This document shows, one piece after another, positions 25,489 to 25,992 of a DNA stretch of 25,992 bases. The notes under the pieces are model-generated. The model made no database searches. It saw only the letters and a program-made list of their open reading frames with translations, and was not told the origin of the DNA. Positions within the stretch are counted from its first letter, which is position 1. Every line of letters starts with the position of its first letter. The position numbers were made by a program, and so were the translations under genes. Source of the DNA: a virus. The DNA lies in IMG/VR virus record IMGVR_UViG_3300025736_000003; one strand, written 5' to 3'.

Positions 25489-25986
25489 CTAAATCTTCTT
25501 ATTTCTTCCAACCGCACCTTTCTTCCGGCCCTTATATTTCCCTTCAGCTTTTGCCCTAGCTATACCAACTGCTCTCTTTATATTAAGATTATCAATATAA
25601 AAAGCATTCATAGCCATTTTAATTCTAAAAGTGAACTTCCCCATAGGATTAACTAAATCAACCATCTCAGATAAAGATTTAATAATAATATTATTTTTAA
25701 TAACAAAACGTTCAAACCAAACGCTATCATAAAAATCTCTGCAAATCCTATCAACATCCTGAACAATTAAATGTACTGTTGGGTTCTCCTCTAAAAACTT
25801 TAACATCCTTTTACCGCCGCTTCGTTCACAAACATTTATCTTACCACTAATCTTATCTCCAATGGTGTGTATAACCCTATATCCTTCCTTCTCAGCATAC
25901 TTTTTACAATATTCCTTCTGCTGTGCTATATTTTGTTGCTCGTCGTCTGTAGAGATTCTAGTGTATATTATTGCTTCCTTAACCAT
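25489..25986 (-). CDS. Small serine recombinase (resolvase/invertase catalytic domain), 165 aa, no obvious C-terminal HTH
   Basis: N-terminal YTRISTDDEQ motif with Arg10/Ser12 arranged as in resolvase/invertase active sites, and a DRICRD motif around residue 80. The protein stops at ...KGRKKGAVGRNKKI, where the HTH domain of typical resolvases would start. Confidence 0.75.
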   Translation of the reverse strand: MVKEAIIYTRISTDDEQQNIAQQKEYCKKYAEKEGYRVIHTIGDKISGKINVCERSGGKRMLKFLEENPTVHLIVQDVDRICRDFYDSVWFERFVIKNNIIIKSLSEMVDLVNPMGKFTFRIKMAMNAFYIDNLNIKRAVGIARAKAEGKYKGRKKGAVGRNKKI

Positions 25987-25992
25987 AAATTA
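25866..25992. repeat. Terminal overlap, second copy (identical to 1-127)
   Basis: Identical 127-mer at both window ends, implying a unit length of 25,865 bp. Confidence 0.9.

Overview
The window appears to be one complete circular replicon of about 25,865 bp: bases 1-127 are identical to bases 25866-25992, which looks like an assembler overlap. The sequence is AT-rich and densely coding, with many 1-4 nt start/stop overlaps. Content, read from the translations by motif only (no searches were possible): (i) a small serine recombinase that ends where the usual C-terminal HTH would begin, followed by tiny AbrB-like and zinc-ribbon ORFs; (ii) a short methyltransferase-like gene (FxGxG, PC, ENx motifs) coupled to a 72-aa DPPW-motif ORF, preceded by a 293-bp hexanucleotide array; (iii) a replication module with a D5/P4-type SF3 primase-helicase and an upstream protein carrying a topoisomerase-type zinc ribbon; (iv) a 13-kb minus-strand operon of secreted and membrane proteins, including a parallel beta-helix repeat protein, an 837-aa signal-peptide protein with a C-terminal membrane anchor, and a 1217-aa repeat-containing charged protein; (v) a plus-strand block with a Walker A/B ATPase and a strongly expressed-looking 104-aa two-helix hydrophobic protein. 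I could not recognise any tailed-phage hallmark (HK97-type capsid, portal, terminase) or conjugation gene. My best hypothesis is a previously uncharacterised membrane-associated, non-tailed virus-like element or integrative plasmid, possibly archaeal; host assignment is inference only. Several non-coding signals stand out: a 99-bp perfect direct repeat at the recombinase start, inverted AGAACA arrays next to the helicase gene, GCGTTAC operator-like repeats, two GC-rich hairpin islands and a C7 tract inside the beta-helix gene.
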